A stretch of DNA of 64,000 nucleotides from an uncultured Sphingobacteriaceae bacterium (GTDB lineage: Bacteria; Bacteroidota; Bacteroidia; Sphingobacteriales; Sphingobacteriaceae): the NCBI GenBank assembly GCA_964423925.1, contig CAYRGQ010000008.1:3033-67032 (forward strand), written 5' to 3'. The position numbers and the translations under genes are program-made. Positions 55,237 through 63,494 of the stretch are shown piece after piece. The notes beneath the pieces were generated by a model that saw only the letters and a program-made list of their open reading frames with translations, had not been told where the DNA came from and made no database searches. Position 1 is the stretch's first letter. The number at the start of each line of letters is the position of its first letter.

Positions 55237-56898
55237 CTATAGCCGTAACAACTCGGCAGCGTGGCGGACGGCCGCATCTCCGGGGTTGGCACCACCCAGC
55301 ATCTGCGCGATTTCATCAACTCGCGCCTTGTCGTCCAGTCGGGCGATCTGGGTGCGCGCTTTGTCATCGCCCGTAGCCTTGTAGACCTTAAAGTGCGTAT
55401 TGCCCTTGGCTGCAATCTGCGGAAGGTGTGTAATGGCAATCACTTGCATGTGTTCGGCAAGCGCTTCCATGGTTTCGCCCACATTAAGCGCAACCTCGCC
55501 GGATATGCCCGTGTCGATTTCATCGAAAATAATGGTAGGCAACGCCGACGAACGGGCGACGATCGATTTAATGGCCAGCATCAAGCGCGACAGCTCGCCT
55601 CCGGATGCCACTTTGCTAACCGGCTGGGGAGCCTGACCCTTATTGGCAGAAAACAAGAAGGCGACCTCATCTCCCCCACTTGGCCGCAATAAGCCATCAG
55701 CCACGGGGTTTAGCTGGATGGCGAGGGTGGAGTCAGGCATGCCAACCGTACGGAGTATGGCCAGCACGCGATTAATGATGTCGGGTACCACCCTTTTGCG
55801 GCTATCACTAAGCTCGGCGGCGAGGGCCCGTGCCTCTTTTTCCAACGCGGCGACCTGCCTTTCCAATTGCTTGATCTCTTCCTGCCTAGTATCCGATTCC
55901 AGCAGTTTTTCCGAAAGCGTTTCGCGCAGGGCAATCAATGAGTCCACGTCGGCTAGGCGGTGCTTCTGCTGCAGGCCGTACAGTAGGCTTAACCGTTCGT
56001 TTACTGCTTCCAAGCGCTCACCATCATGCACGATCTGTTGCTCCGCCTGTGCCATGCCATCGGCCAAATCGCGCACTTCGATCGCCACGCTCTGCAGCCG
56101 CGAGACTTGTTCCTCCAAAGAAGGCAAATAGCGGGCGGCTTGCTGAAGCTGTTGCAGGCTCGCCCGCAGTAACTGCTCTACGCTGCCATCCTGCTCTTGT
56201 AAAACGTACGTGGCGCCGAGGAGACTGCGTTTGATTTCCTCGGCATGTTCCAATTGCTTTTGTTCGTCTTCCAGAGCCTGCTGCTCACCGCGTTCAAGCC
56301 GCGCTTCTTCCAATTCGTTGAAAAGGAATTGGTGGTAGTCCGCCTCTGCACTCGCACGGTCCGCCGCTTCACGCAACGCCTGTAACCGCGCCTCTACGGT
56401 GCGCCATTCGCGATAGACGGACGCGTACCGCTGTTTGAGGGAACCGTTGTTGGATACGCTGTCCAGCACCAGCAACTGGAAAGCCGCTGTATTGATCTGC
56501 AAGGTAGCATGTTGGGAATGGATGTCAATCAGCCTTTCGCCGAGGGCTTTTAGTACTTGAAGCGTAACGGGGGTGTCGTTGACAAATGCCCGCGACTTGC
56601 CATCGACATTGATCTCACGACGGAGGATCGTGTCGGCCTCATAATCCAGGTCATGCTCGGCAAAGAAGCTTTTGAGATCGTACCCCGAAATGTCGAAATA
56701 TCCCTCGATGATACATTTCCGGTCTTGATTGAAGAAAAAACGACCTTCTGCGCGCTGCCCCAAAATCAACGACAATCCTCCCATGATGATGGATTTGCCC
56801 GCCCCTGTCTCGCCAGTCAGGATGTTCAACCCCTTGCCAGGCAGGATATCCGCCGAATCGATGAGGGCGTAGTTCTTAATGGACAGCCGGTTCAGCAT
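55237..56898 (-). CDS. recN: DNA repair protein RecN
   Basis: Walker A GETGAGKS, long coiled coil, C-terminal SGGELSR signature. 553 aa. Confidence 0.96.
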   Translation of the reverse strand: MLNRLSIKNYALIDSADILPGKGLNILTGETGAGKSIIMGGLSLILGQRAEGRFFFNQDRKCIIEGYFDISGYDLKSFFAEHDLDYEADTILRREINVDGKSRAFVNDTPVTLQVLKALGERLIDIHSQHATLQINTAAFQLLVLDSVSNNGSLKQRYASVYREWRTVEARLQALREAADRASAEADYHQFLFNELEEARLERGEQQALEDEQKQLEHAEEIKRSLLGATYVLQEQDGSVEQLLRASLQQLQQAARYLPSLEEQVSRLQSVAIEVRDLADGMAQAEQQIVHDGERLEAVNERLSLLYGLQQKHRLADVDSLIALRETLSEKLLESDTRQEEIKQLERQVAALEKEARALAAELSDSRKRVVPDIINRVLAILRTVGMPDSTLAIQLNPVADGLLRPSGGDEVAFLFSANKGQAPQPVSKVASGGELSRLMLAIKSIVARSSALPTIIFDEIDTGISGEVALNVGETMEALAEHMQVIAITHLPQIAAKGNTHFKVYKATGDDKARTQIARLDDKARVDEIAQMLGGANPGDAAVRHAAELLRL

Positions 56899-56928
56899 AT
56901 TCGTAGAAATTCTTGGATTTATGGCGCA

Positions 56929-57849
56929 TTAACGTCCGCGCAAGGACTCGTATTTGGTGGTGTTGGCCGGGTCTATCGTGACCAGGATATTGAACGCAGC
57001 GGCTTTGTCTGGTGGCGGCATGCCGCTCAACACACCGACGAGCTCATCCGATTTTGCCGTGAAAAACACCTGATTAAGCATATTGCCCTGGGCCAATCGG
57101 TCCACCTCCTGCAAACGTGGCAGGAGACCAAGGACAGCTTTACGGGCGCCAGCCTCGTCATCAACCATGCGGTCCAAGCCGCTAAGGTAGAAGGCATACA
57201 TGAAGTCGCGCAGTGGCTGGTAACGCCGATCAAGCAGATTGTTAACTAGCCAGAATCGGTTGTTATTTCCTTCCATGGACCGCCAGCCACTGAAGCCGGT
57301 ATTCTGGGCGTTGTTCACCACCGCCTGGGCTTGCCGGTAAAAAGGAGTCCCCCCGCTGGGGCTAAAGGTGTCGGCGTCCATCCCCACAATGACGTACGCA
57401 TAGTACGCCAGCAGGGAGGTCAAGTTGCTCATATACTGCTGGTCCGAATAGTCCATCATCTGTCCTTCGTCGTAGCTGAAATCAAAGCTGTTGTCGGCTA
57501 AGCTCAGCACGGGGCTATTGTATGACGTGTTGTACACCGGTCGGGTAGAGATGATCTGGGCCTGGGCCGTGAAGTTGGATGAACCGTCCCACGAAGTGAT
57601 CGTAATGACCAAACTGCAATCAATCCGTTCTTGGGGCGCGATTGTACGGTCGCTCCATGCGGTTCTGTTGAGAAAATCCGACATCGCTTTCTCCAGTACG
57701 TCCAGCACGCGCTTGTTTGTATTCTGCACCTGCGGCGACAGGATCTGGACGCGCGCATTCAGGTCTTGCGCGTTTGCGCTGGAGATAACTATCCCCATCC
57801 AGATAGCGACCGCAGACATAAGCCTATAAAACAGGTATCGAGTGGACAT
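56929..57849 (-). CDS. DUF4835-family secreted protein
   Basis: Signal peptide, then DLNARVQILSPQVQNTNKRVLDVLEKAMSDFLNRTAW, typical of DUF4835. Upstream of recN, an order I recall as common in Bacteroidetes. Confidence 0.75.
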   Translation of the reverse strand: MSTRYLFYRLMSAVAIWMGIVISSANAQDLNARVQILSPQVQNTNKRVLDVLEKAMSDFLNRTAWSDRTIAPQERIDCSLVITITSWDGSSNFTAQAQIISTRPVYNTSYNSPVLSLADNSFDFSYDEGQMMDYSDQQYMSNLTSLLAYYAYVIVGMDADTFSPSGGTPFYRQAQAVVNNAQNTGFSGWRSMEGNNNRFWLVNNLLDRRYQPLRDFMYAFYLSGLDRMVDDEAGARKAVLGLLPRLQEVDRLAQGNMLNQVFFTAKSDELVGVLSGMPPPDKAAAFNILVTIDPANTTKYESLRGR

Positions 57850-57911
57850 GTCCAAAGATAATGAATAAGCCCTTCGTGCCGAATAAATCCCGCAAAAAAA
57901 TCAGGATGGTG

Positions 57912-59174
57912 CTATCTTCGTTGAAAATGCAGGTCGGCGAAATCGAGGTATCGCAGCCAATCATATTGGGTCACATCATGCTTCCCCGCACGAATATGAT
58001 AGCCTATGCTGTACATCAGCGGCTCATGTAGACCCGGCATAGTTTCAGAGGACAGTCCTTCCAGCCCATAAAGTGCGAACACAGGGCTGGCGTGGTAGGC
58101 CGCCAGGTATTCGCCCTTGGGGTCGGCCCATCGATCCTCAACCGCACTGGCCACGTAGACCGCCCGCGGTGCCATCAACGCGATCAACTGATGCTGATCA
58201 ATGGGCCGCTGCTCCTCGCGTCCGTGATATTGGTCGAAGGTCTTACAAAACCACGAAGGCCGAATACTGGCTACCGTCGCCAGCCGCTCGCCATACTTAC
58301 GCCTCGACAGAGCAGCGCCCCCTTCGCCAGAGTTGTTGGATATCACGACCTTAAATCGAGGATCCTGCGCTCCCGCCCAAAGTGCTGCCTTCCCGTGCCG
58401 CGAATGCCCCATGATGGCCACCTGATCGATATTAATCATGGGTTCGGTAGCGAGGAAATCGACGATACGACTTGACCCCCAAGCCCACGCACCGATCGCC
58501 TGCCATGCGTCTGGCGCTTCGGGCGATGTTCCATATCCCGAAAAGAGTGCCATGATGCTGTGGTCCTTCATGCCGGGTACATCGGGAAAAATATCGTGGT
58601 AACACATCGTTGCAACGGCATATCCGCGGTCGATTATATCCTCAAAGGCCCAACGGCTGGCCTGGTTGCCCCGCTCCCTATCAGGGTGGCCCTCCTCGCG
58701 GACGAGCTTGAAATTGGGTGAATAGCGAATGTCAGGCTCCATCGTGGTACTGTGGTTGCCTTTATAATTATAGCCTACAAATACGGGAACCGGCGCTACG
58801 GCGGATTTAGGCAAGTAGAGGAGCAAGTACGCCACATGTTCTCTTTCGCCGTTGCTAAACACGAACTTAATCTGTTTTCCGATTGCTTTTCCGCCCAGCG
58901 CGTCGGGGTTTTCCACAAGCAATTCGTACCGGACAGGGATAGATTCCGTGGGCGTGCGTCCGTACATTTCCCGTGCGAAAAAATCAAGCAACTCTGGCCG
59001 ATGCTGTTCCCAGCCCGCCAGGCTCGTTATTCTTTCCCCGTTGGATGTAACGAGCAATTCGGGCAGTTCGTAGGGCTGCACAAGGCTTTCGTCATAATTG
59101 GTTTCCGTTTGCGCGCCGAGTTGCCCGGCGAACGAAACCCAGCCGATACAGAGGATAATGAGGAGGTGTTTCAT
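57912..59174 (-). CDS. Carbohydrate esterase family 15 (glucuronoyl esterase)-like protein
   Basis: Signal peptide. GHSRHGKAAL matches the CE15 G-x-S-R-x-G nucleophile motif. Confidence 0.7.
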   Translation of the reverse strand: MKHLLIILCIGWVSFAGQLGAQTETNYDESLVQPYELPELLVTSNGERITSLAGWEQHRPELLDFFAREMYGRTPTESIPVRYELLVENPDALGGKAIGKQIKFVFSNGEREHVAYLLLYLPKSAVAPVPVFVGYNYKGNHSTTMEPDIRYSPNFKLVREEGHPDRERGNQASRWAFEDIIDRGYAVATMCYHDIFPDVPGMKDHSIMALFSGYGTSPEAPDAWQAIGAWAWGSSRIVDFLATEPMINIDQVAIMGHSRHGKAALWAGAQDPRFKVVISNNSGEGGAALSRRKYGERLATVASIRPSWFCKTFDQYHGREEQRPIDQHQLIALMAPRAVYVASAVEDRWADPKGEYLAAYHASPVFALYGLEGLSSETMPGLHEPLMYSIGYHIRAGKHDVTQYDWLRYLDFADLHFQRR

Positions 59175-59190
59175 TTTTGCATATTAGATC

Positions 59191-59332
59191 TATAGTCGAT
59201 TCAGAAGCCTATCGGCGTAGCCAAATATAGTCAATTGCGCTACGAGATGATGACCTGACATCAAATTCTATTATTTATCTGGATTTTAATAGTTTACAAT
59301 CAAAAATATAAAATATTTAATTATAGTCTATT
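59191..59332 (+). repeat. Three copies of TATAGTCnATT in the CE15/cobA divergent intergenic region
   Basis: TATAGTCGATT 59191-59201, TATAGTCAATT 59226-59236, TATAGTCTATT 59322-59332. Confidence 0.6.
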
Positions 59333-59350
59333 AAAACAATGGACTTTATA

Positions 59351-59358
59351 TATATTTG
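59351..59358 (+). promoter_or_regulatory. Candidate -7 box TATATTTG for cobA
   Basis: Exact TAnnTTTG match, 132 nt upstream of ATG 59490. Confidence 0.35.
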
Positions 59359-59489
59359 TATCGTACAAACCCCTATCGGCAACCACACATAAGGAAGATG
59401 CTTTTGCATCAAGGATTTAACATCCTATCCGATATGCGTCTTCCCGATAGGGGGAGGGTAATTTTTCATCAACGACAACTCACCATCCA

Positions 59490-60284
59490 ATGAAAACGCA
59501 AGCGCAACGATCTGACGTCGAACCCAAGATCACGCTCGTGGGAGCCGGACCCGGCGACCCCGACTTAATAAGCGTCAAGGGCATCAAGGTGCTAAAGGAA
59601 GCCAATGTAATTCTATACGACGCCTTGGTAGACGAGGAATTGCTACACTACGCGCCACCCGAGACGATTAAGGTTTACGTAGGCAATCCATCAGGCGACG
59701 AGAATTTCTCGCAAGACACGATTAACCGGTTGATGGTCGACTACGCGCTCAACTTTGGCCACGTCGTCCGTTTAAAAGGCGGCGACCTCTTCGTATTCGG
59801 GCGTGGATACGAGGAACTCGACTTTGCCGCGTCATACAGCATCGAAACCGCGATCGTACCGGGTATCTCGAGCGCGATATCCGTCCCAGGCCTACAAGGC
59901 ATCCCGGTGACGCATCGCGGCACGAGCGACAGCCTTTGGATTCTTTCGGCTCTTGGCAGCGACGGCAAGCTCTCCCGCGAGCTGAGCCATGCCGCGCAGA
60001 GCCAAGCGACGATCGTTGTGTTGTCGGGCTATCCGCATTTGGCAGCAATCGTCGAGGTTTTCCAGCGACAGGGTAAAGGTGGTCTTCCTGTGGCGATCAT
60101 CCAGAACGGCTCGATGGCCCACGAACGGGTTGCGGTGGGACTCGTTAACACCATCGAAGAAGTGGCCCTCGAAAAGGACATCGACAATACGGGCCCCGTG
60201 CTCCTCGTGTTCGGCCAAGCCGTCGCCCTGCATGGCGAGTTCCAAAAGATTCGTCGTTTTTTTGAATGTCCGGATTTCCTCTGA
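59490..60284 (+). CDS. cobA: Uroporphyrinogen-III C-methyltransferase (SUMT)
   Basis: LVGAGPGDPDLISVKG and LKGGDLFVFGRG motifs. 264 aa. Confidence 0.93.
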   Translation: MKTQAQRSDVEPKITLVGAGPGDPDLISVKGIKVLKEANVILYDALVDEELLHYAPPETIKVYVGNPSGDENFSQDTINRLMVDYALNFGHVVRLKGGDLFVFGRGYEELDFAASYSIETAIVPGISSAISVPGLQGIPVTHRGTSDSLWILSALGSDGKLSRELSHAAQSQATIVVLSGYPHLAAIVEVFQRQGKGGLPVAIIQNGSMAHERVAVGLVNTIEEVALEKDIDNTGPVLLVFGQAVALHGEFQKIRRFFECPDFL

Positions 60285-60331
60285 TTGCAATCATGCGAAA
60301 TTTGTCTGCATAAGTTTATAATAGATTTTGA

Positions 60332-60357
60332 AAAAGCTCCGCTCATCGGGAGCTTTT
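60332..60357 (+). terminator. Intrinsic terminator after cobA
   Basis: 9-bp stem AAAAGCTCC / GGAGCTTTT ending in a T-run. Confidence 0.8.
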
Positions 60358-60391
60358 CTATTTCCCCGTCTTGCCAATTGGAATATTCCTG

Positions 60392-60399
60392 TATTTTTG
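60392..60399 (+). promoter_or_regulatory. Candidate -7 box TATTTTTG for trmB
   Basis: Exact TAnnTTTG match, 21 nt upstream of ATG 60421. Confidence 0.35.
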
Positions 60400-60420
60400 C
60401 CCGTTGTAAAACTTTTTAGG

Positions 60421-61116
60421 ATGGGCAAGGACAAACTCAGGAAATTCGCCGAGATCGCCACGTTTCCGAACGTGCTGCAGCTCGATGAAGGAAAAGCGAT
60501 GAAGGGACAGTGGCGGCGGCAGCATTTTGGCAATGAGAACGATGTGGTGCTCGAGCTGGCCTGTGGGAAAGGGGAGTACACCGTTAATTTGGCCCGCATG
60601 TTCCCCGACCGCAACTTTATCGGCGTGGACTACAAGGGCAACCGGCTCTGGCGTGGCGCCAAAACCGCCCTTGAAGAGGGGATAAAAAACGTGGCGTTCC
60701 TACGCATACAGATCGAGAACATCCTGGACTATTTCGCTTCGGACGAAGTGGCTGAAATCTGGATTACGTTTCCTGATCCCCAACCCGCCAAGCGTCGCAT
60801 CAAAAAGCGTCTGACGCACCCGATTTTTCTGGCAAAATACCAGCAAATCGTGCGGAAAGGCGGCCTGATCCACCTCAAGACGGACAATGACGGATTGCAT
60901 GCTTACACGTTAGAAACGCTGACAGAGCTGGGCGTGGAACCCACGGCGCAGACCACGGACCTCTATCGTTCTGCCTTGGCCGACGAAGTACTATCGATCA
61001 AAACCTACTACGAACAGAAATACCTCGCGGTAGACAAGAATATAAACTACCTCAAATGGGCCCTGCCCGAACAGCCAATCGGCTCAACGGAACCGGAACC
61101 GCTCCCGCGTGCCTAA
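60421..61116 (+). CDS. trmB: tRNA (guanine46-N7)-methyltransferase
   Basis: MGKDKLRKFAE N-terminus, LELACGKGEY SAM motif. ATG 60421 lies downstream of the cobA terminator. Confidence 0.92.
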   Translation: MGKDKLRKFAEIATFPNVLQLDEGKAMKGQWRRQHFGNENDVVLELACGKGEYTVNLARMFPDRNFIGVDYKGNRLWRGAKTALEEGIKNVAFLRIQIENILDYFASDEVAEIWITFPDPQPAKRRIKKRLTHPIFLAKYQQIVRKGGLIHLKTDNDGLHAYTLETLTELGVEPTAQTTDLYRSALADEVLSIKTYYEQKYLAVDKNINYLKWALPEQPIGSTEPEPLPRA

Positions 61117-62093
61117 AGATTTCCCTGCAGTTTTTTGCGGTTGCGTTTGCTAAGCTTCTCGACATTGACCGGTTGAGGCAACTTAACATAGTACCCCGTT
61201 CCATCATACGGTCGCTTTCTGGGGTGCTCCTTACAAGCTTGCGAGCAGCACCCGTCCATTTTCCAGCCACATTCCTCACATTGCGTGAAGTGCTCGTTAC
61301 ACTCCGGATTGGCACAATTAATCATGTGGTCGGAAGCCACGCCGCAATTCCGACAGGTGGCCACCACCGTCGGATTGACGGTATTCACTTCTACGGCTAC
61401 CCGGTTGTCGAACACGTAGCACTTTCCCTCGAAGTCCTGACCGCCCACTTCCTTACCATACTTGATGATACCGCCATGGAGTTGGTACACCTCTTCGAAT
61501 CCCTCCTTCAACAACAGCGCCGAGGCCTTCTCGCACTTGATGCCACCTGTACAATACGTTAGTATCTTCTTGCCTTTGTATTTGCTAAGCTCGTTGATTT
61601 TCTCGGGAAATTCCCGGAAGTTCTCGATATCAAGGGTTATGGCGTTCTTAAACCGGCCCACAGAATGCTCGTAGTTTGAGCGCACGTCCAGCACGACCAC
61701 ATCTTCGCGATCTTTCATGGCTAGAAATTCGACTGGCGCCAGGTGTTTGCCCGTCTCGCGGGTGGGATCGATGACCTTCGGATCACGCAAACCCGAATGC
61801 ACGATTTCAGGTTTGTATCGGCAATGCATTTTGATGAACGAAGGCTCGTCCACCTCATCGATCTTAAAATCGGTCTTAGCGAAACGCGGATCGGCGTGCA
61901 CGGCGTCCATATAGGCACGACACGCTTCCACCGTACCCGATACCGTACCATTAAGGCCTTCGTCAGCCACAATGATGCGGCCTACCAAGCCGAGTGATTT
62001 ACAAAATTCAAGGTGTTCAGCAGCGAATTGTTCTGCACTCTCGATAGGGCTGTAGCAATAGTACAGCAGGGTGTGATATTTTTTCATACGCAT
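61113..62093 (-). CDS. trhO: Rhodanese-domain tRNA uridine(34) hydroxylase (UPF0176/TrhO) with Cys-rich C-terminal extension
   Basis: YCTGGIKCEKA active-site loop. UPF0176 N-terminal domain. Confidence 0.88.
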   Translation of the reverse strand: MRMKKYHTLLYYCYSPIESAEQFAAEHLEFCKSLGLVGRIIVADEGLNGTVSGTVEACRAYMDAVHADPRFAKTDFKIDEVDEPSFIKMHCRYKPEIVHSGLRDPKVIDPTRETGKHLAPVEFLAMKDREDVVVLDVRSNYEHSVGRFKNAITLDIENFREFPEKINELSKYKGKKILTYCTGGIKCEKASALLLKEGFEEVYQLHGGIIKYGKEVGGQDFEGKCYVFDNRVAVEVNTVNPTVVATCRNCGVASDHMINCANPECNEHFTQCEECGWKMDGCCSQACKEHPRKRPYDGTGYYVKLPQPVNVEKLSKRNRKKLQGNL

Positions 62094-62139
62094 TGATACC
62101 GCTGCAAACGGCGTTTAATGACTCTTTTATTTGCGGATG

Positions 62140-62147
62140 CAAAAATA
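62140..62147 (-). promoter_or_regulatory. Candidate -7 box (TATTTTTG on minus strand) for trhO
   Basis: Exact TAnnTTTG match, 47 nt upstream of ATG 62093. Confidence 0.3.
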
Positions 62148-62160
62148 CGAAAACCACCGC

Positions 62161-62202
62161 AAAAAATTAGCAAGGCCGGACCACAAAGTGCGCCGACCTT
62201 GC
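62161..62202 (-). terminator. Intrinsic terminator after the DinB gene
   Basis: GCAAGGtCGG / CCGGCCTTGC stem (1 mismatch) followed by TAATTTTTT on the minus strand. Confidence 0.65.
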
Positions 62203-62226
62203 CAATACGGTGCGCAGCCACCATTA

Positions 62227-62724
62227 CTACCCCTGCGATTCGTCTGCCGAAGGCCCGTAAATCCCCGGTACGGGGATGTCCAGCAACCGGAGGTAGACGG
62301 TAAGCTGTCCGCGGTGGTGGACAAGGTGGTTATTAATGATAAAACGGACCGCTCCTGCACGCGGCAGTTGAGCAATCACCCAATCGCCAGCCTTCAGGGT
62401 CCATTGGCGCGCCCAATCATCGTCCGCGGATGCTTCGATGCTTTGTTTGTTTCGTTCGTATCCTTGCTCCAGGACCGAAATCAATGCCGCCGCATTCGTT
62501 GCGGACAAGGGCGTGTAGTCGGTCTTAAAGTCGAAGGTGTCTCGGGGGAGCGCATCCGCCACCCAATTATGCAGCTCAACGATATGTGATGCCAACGCGC
62601 CCAAGGAGGATGATTTAGGATGCGGCTTGAAGTCCCAATGCGCATCATCCAAGCGCTCAAGAACCCGGCGTGTGTTTTCGGTTTCCTGCTTTAGCTCAAT
62701 CAGTAGGTTGTCCTTTAGTGCCAT
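62227..62724 (-). CDS. DinB-family protein
   Basis: NHLVHHRGQ motif. I prefer ATG 62724 (MALKDNLL); the upstream extension is Arg/Lys-rich and not protein-like. Confidence 0.85.
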   Translation of the reverse strand: MALKDNLLIELKQETENTRRVLERLDDAHWDFKPHPKSSSLGALASHIVELHNWVADALPRDTFDFKTDYTPLSATNAAALISVLEQGYERNKQSIEASADDDWARQWTLKAGDWVIAQLPRAGAVRFIINNHLVHHRGQLTVYLRLLDIPVPGIYGPSADESQG

Positions 62725-63029
62725 ATTTTCACTGTTTTTTCGTGAAGGTAACGAAAACTTAGAAGACTTGCCTACACACCGCCCGAAAACCCGAACCTTC
62801 GCCTTACGCACACGATTGCGTAAACCTCCGCTGAGCATTTTTTTTGTTTGGAATCTGCTTTGTTATGCGAAATTTATGTAAATTAGGGAAGGTTTTTGCA
62901 GATGAGAGCCTTTCCGCGACCGGCAAAAGCTCTCCTTGGCATGCTCCTTGGAGCCCTAAAACCAAATATAAAACAACGTGTAATTTCCGAACATTAGTCG
63001 GGCCTTAGGTTAAGCTGCGTCGCAATAAT

Positions 63030-63491
63030 ATGGAAAAAAAGATATCGGTCCTGTACGTAGACGATGAGCCGAACAACTTGGTGTCATTTAAGGCGACGTT
63101 TCGGCTTAAGTACGATGTCCATACGGCCATCAGCGGAGCCGAAGCCATACGGCTGATCAAGAAGATGCCGATCGAGATCATCATTACGGACCAGCGGATG
63201 CCCGAAATGACTGGCGTCGAGTTTTTAGAGCGCGTGATTGACATCAACCCTGAACCCATGCGCATATTGCTAACGGGATATGCCGACATGAATGCCGTGG
63301 TGGAGGCTGTCAACAAGGGCAAGATATTCCATTACCTGAGCAAGCCTTGGAGCGAGGAAGAGCTGGACGAAACCATCAAACGGGCCTACGAGGTGTATGG
63401 CGAGCGCAAGAAAATTAAAGAGTCTCATTCAAAGCTGGAGATTTCGAACGAGCAACTTGAGTTTTTACTGAGGCAGCGGCTGCTATCTTAA
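63030..63491 (+). CDS. Response regulator (receiver domain plus short coiled-coil tail)
   Basis: VDDEPNN, ITDQRMPEMTG (canonical Asp), LTGYAD, KPW motifs. Confidence 0.9.
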   Translation: MEKKISVLYVDDEPNNLVSFKATFRLKYDVHTAISGAEAIRLIKKMPIEIIITDQRMPEMTGVEFLERVIDINPEPMRILLTGYADMNAVVEAVNKGKIFHYLSKPWSEEELDETIKRAYEVYGERKKIKESHSKLEISNEQLEFLLRQRLLS

Positions 63492-63494
63492 CTC

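Noticed and set aside
59362-59489. Identification of the cobA leader as a cobalamin or SAM-II/SAH riboswitch.
   Set aside because: There is no B12 box (GCCACTG-like core), and no SAM-II AAAGCU pseudoknot or SAH consensus segments that I can recognise. I therefore reported it as an unclassified structured leader rather than as a known class.
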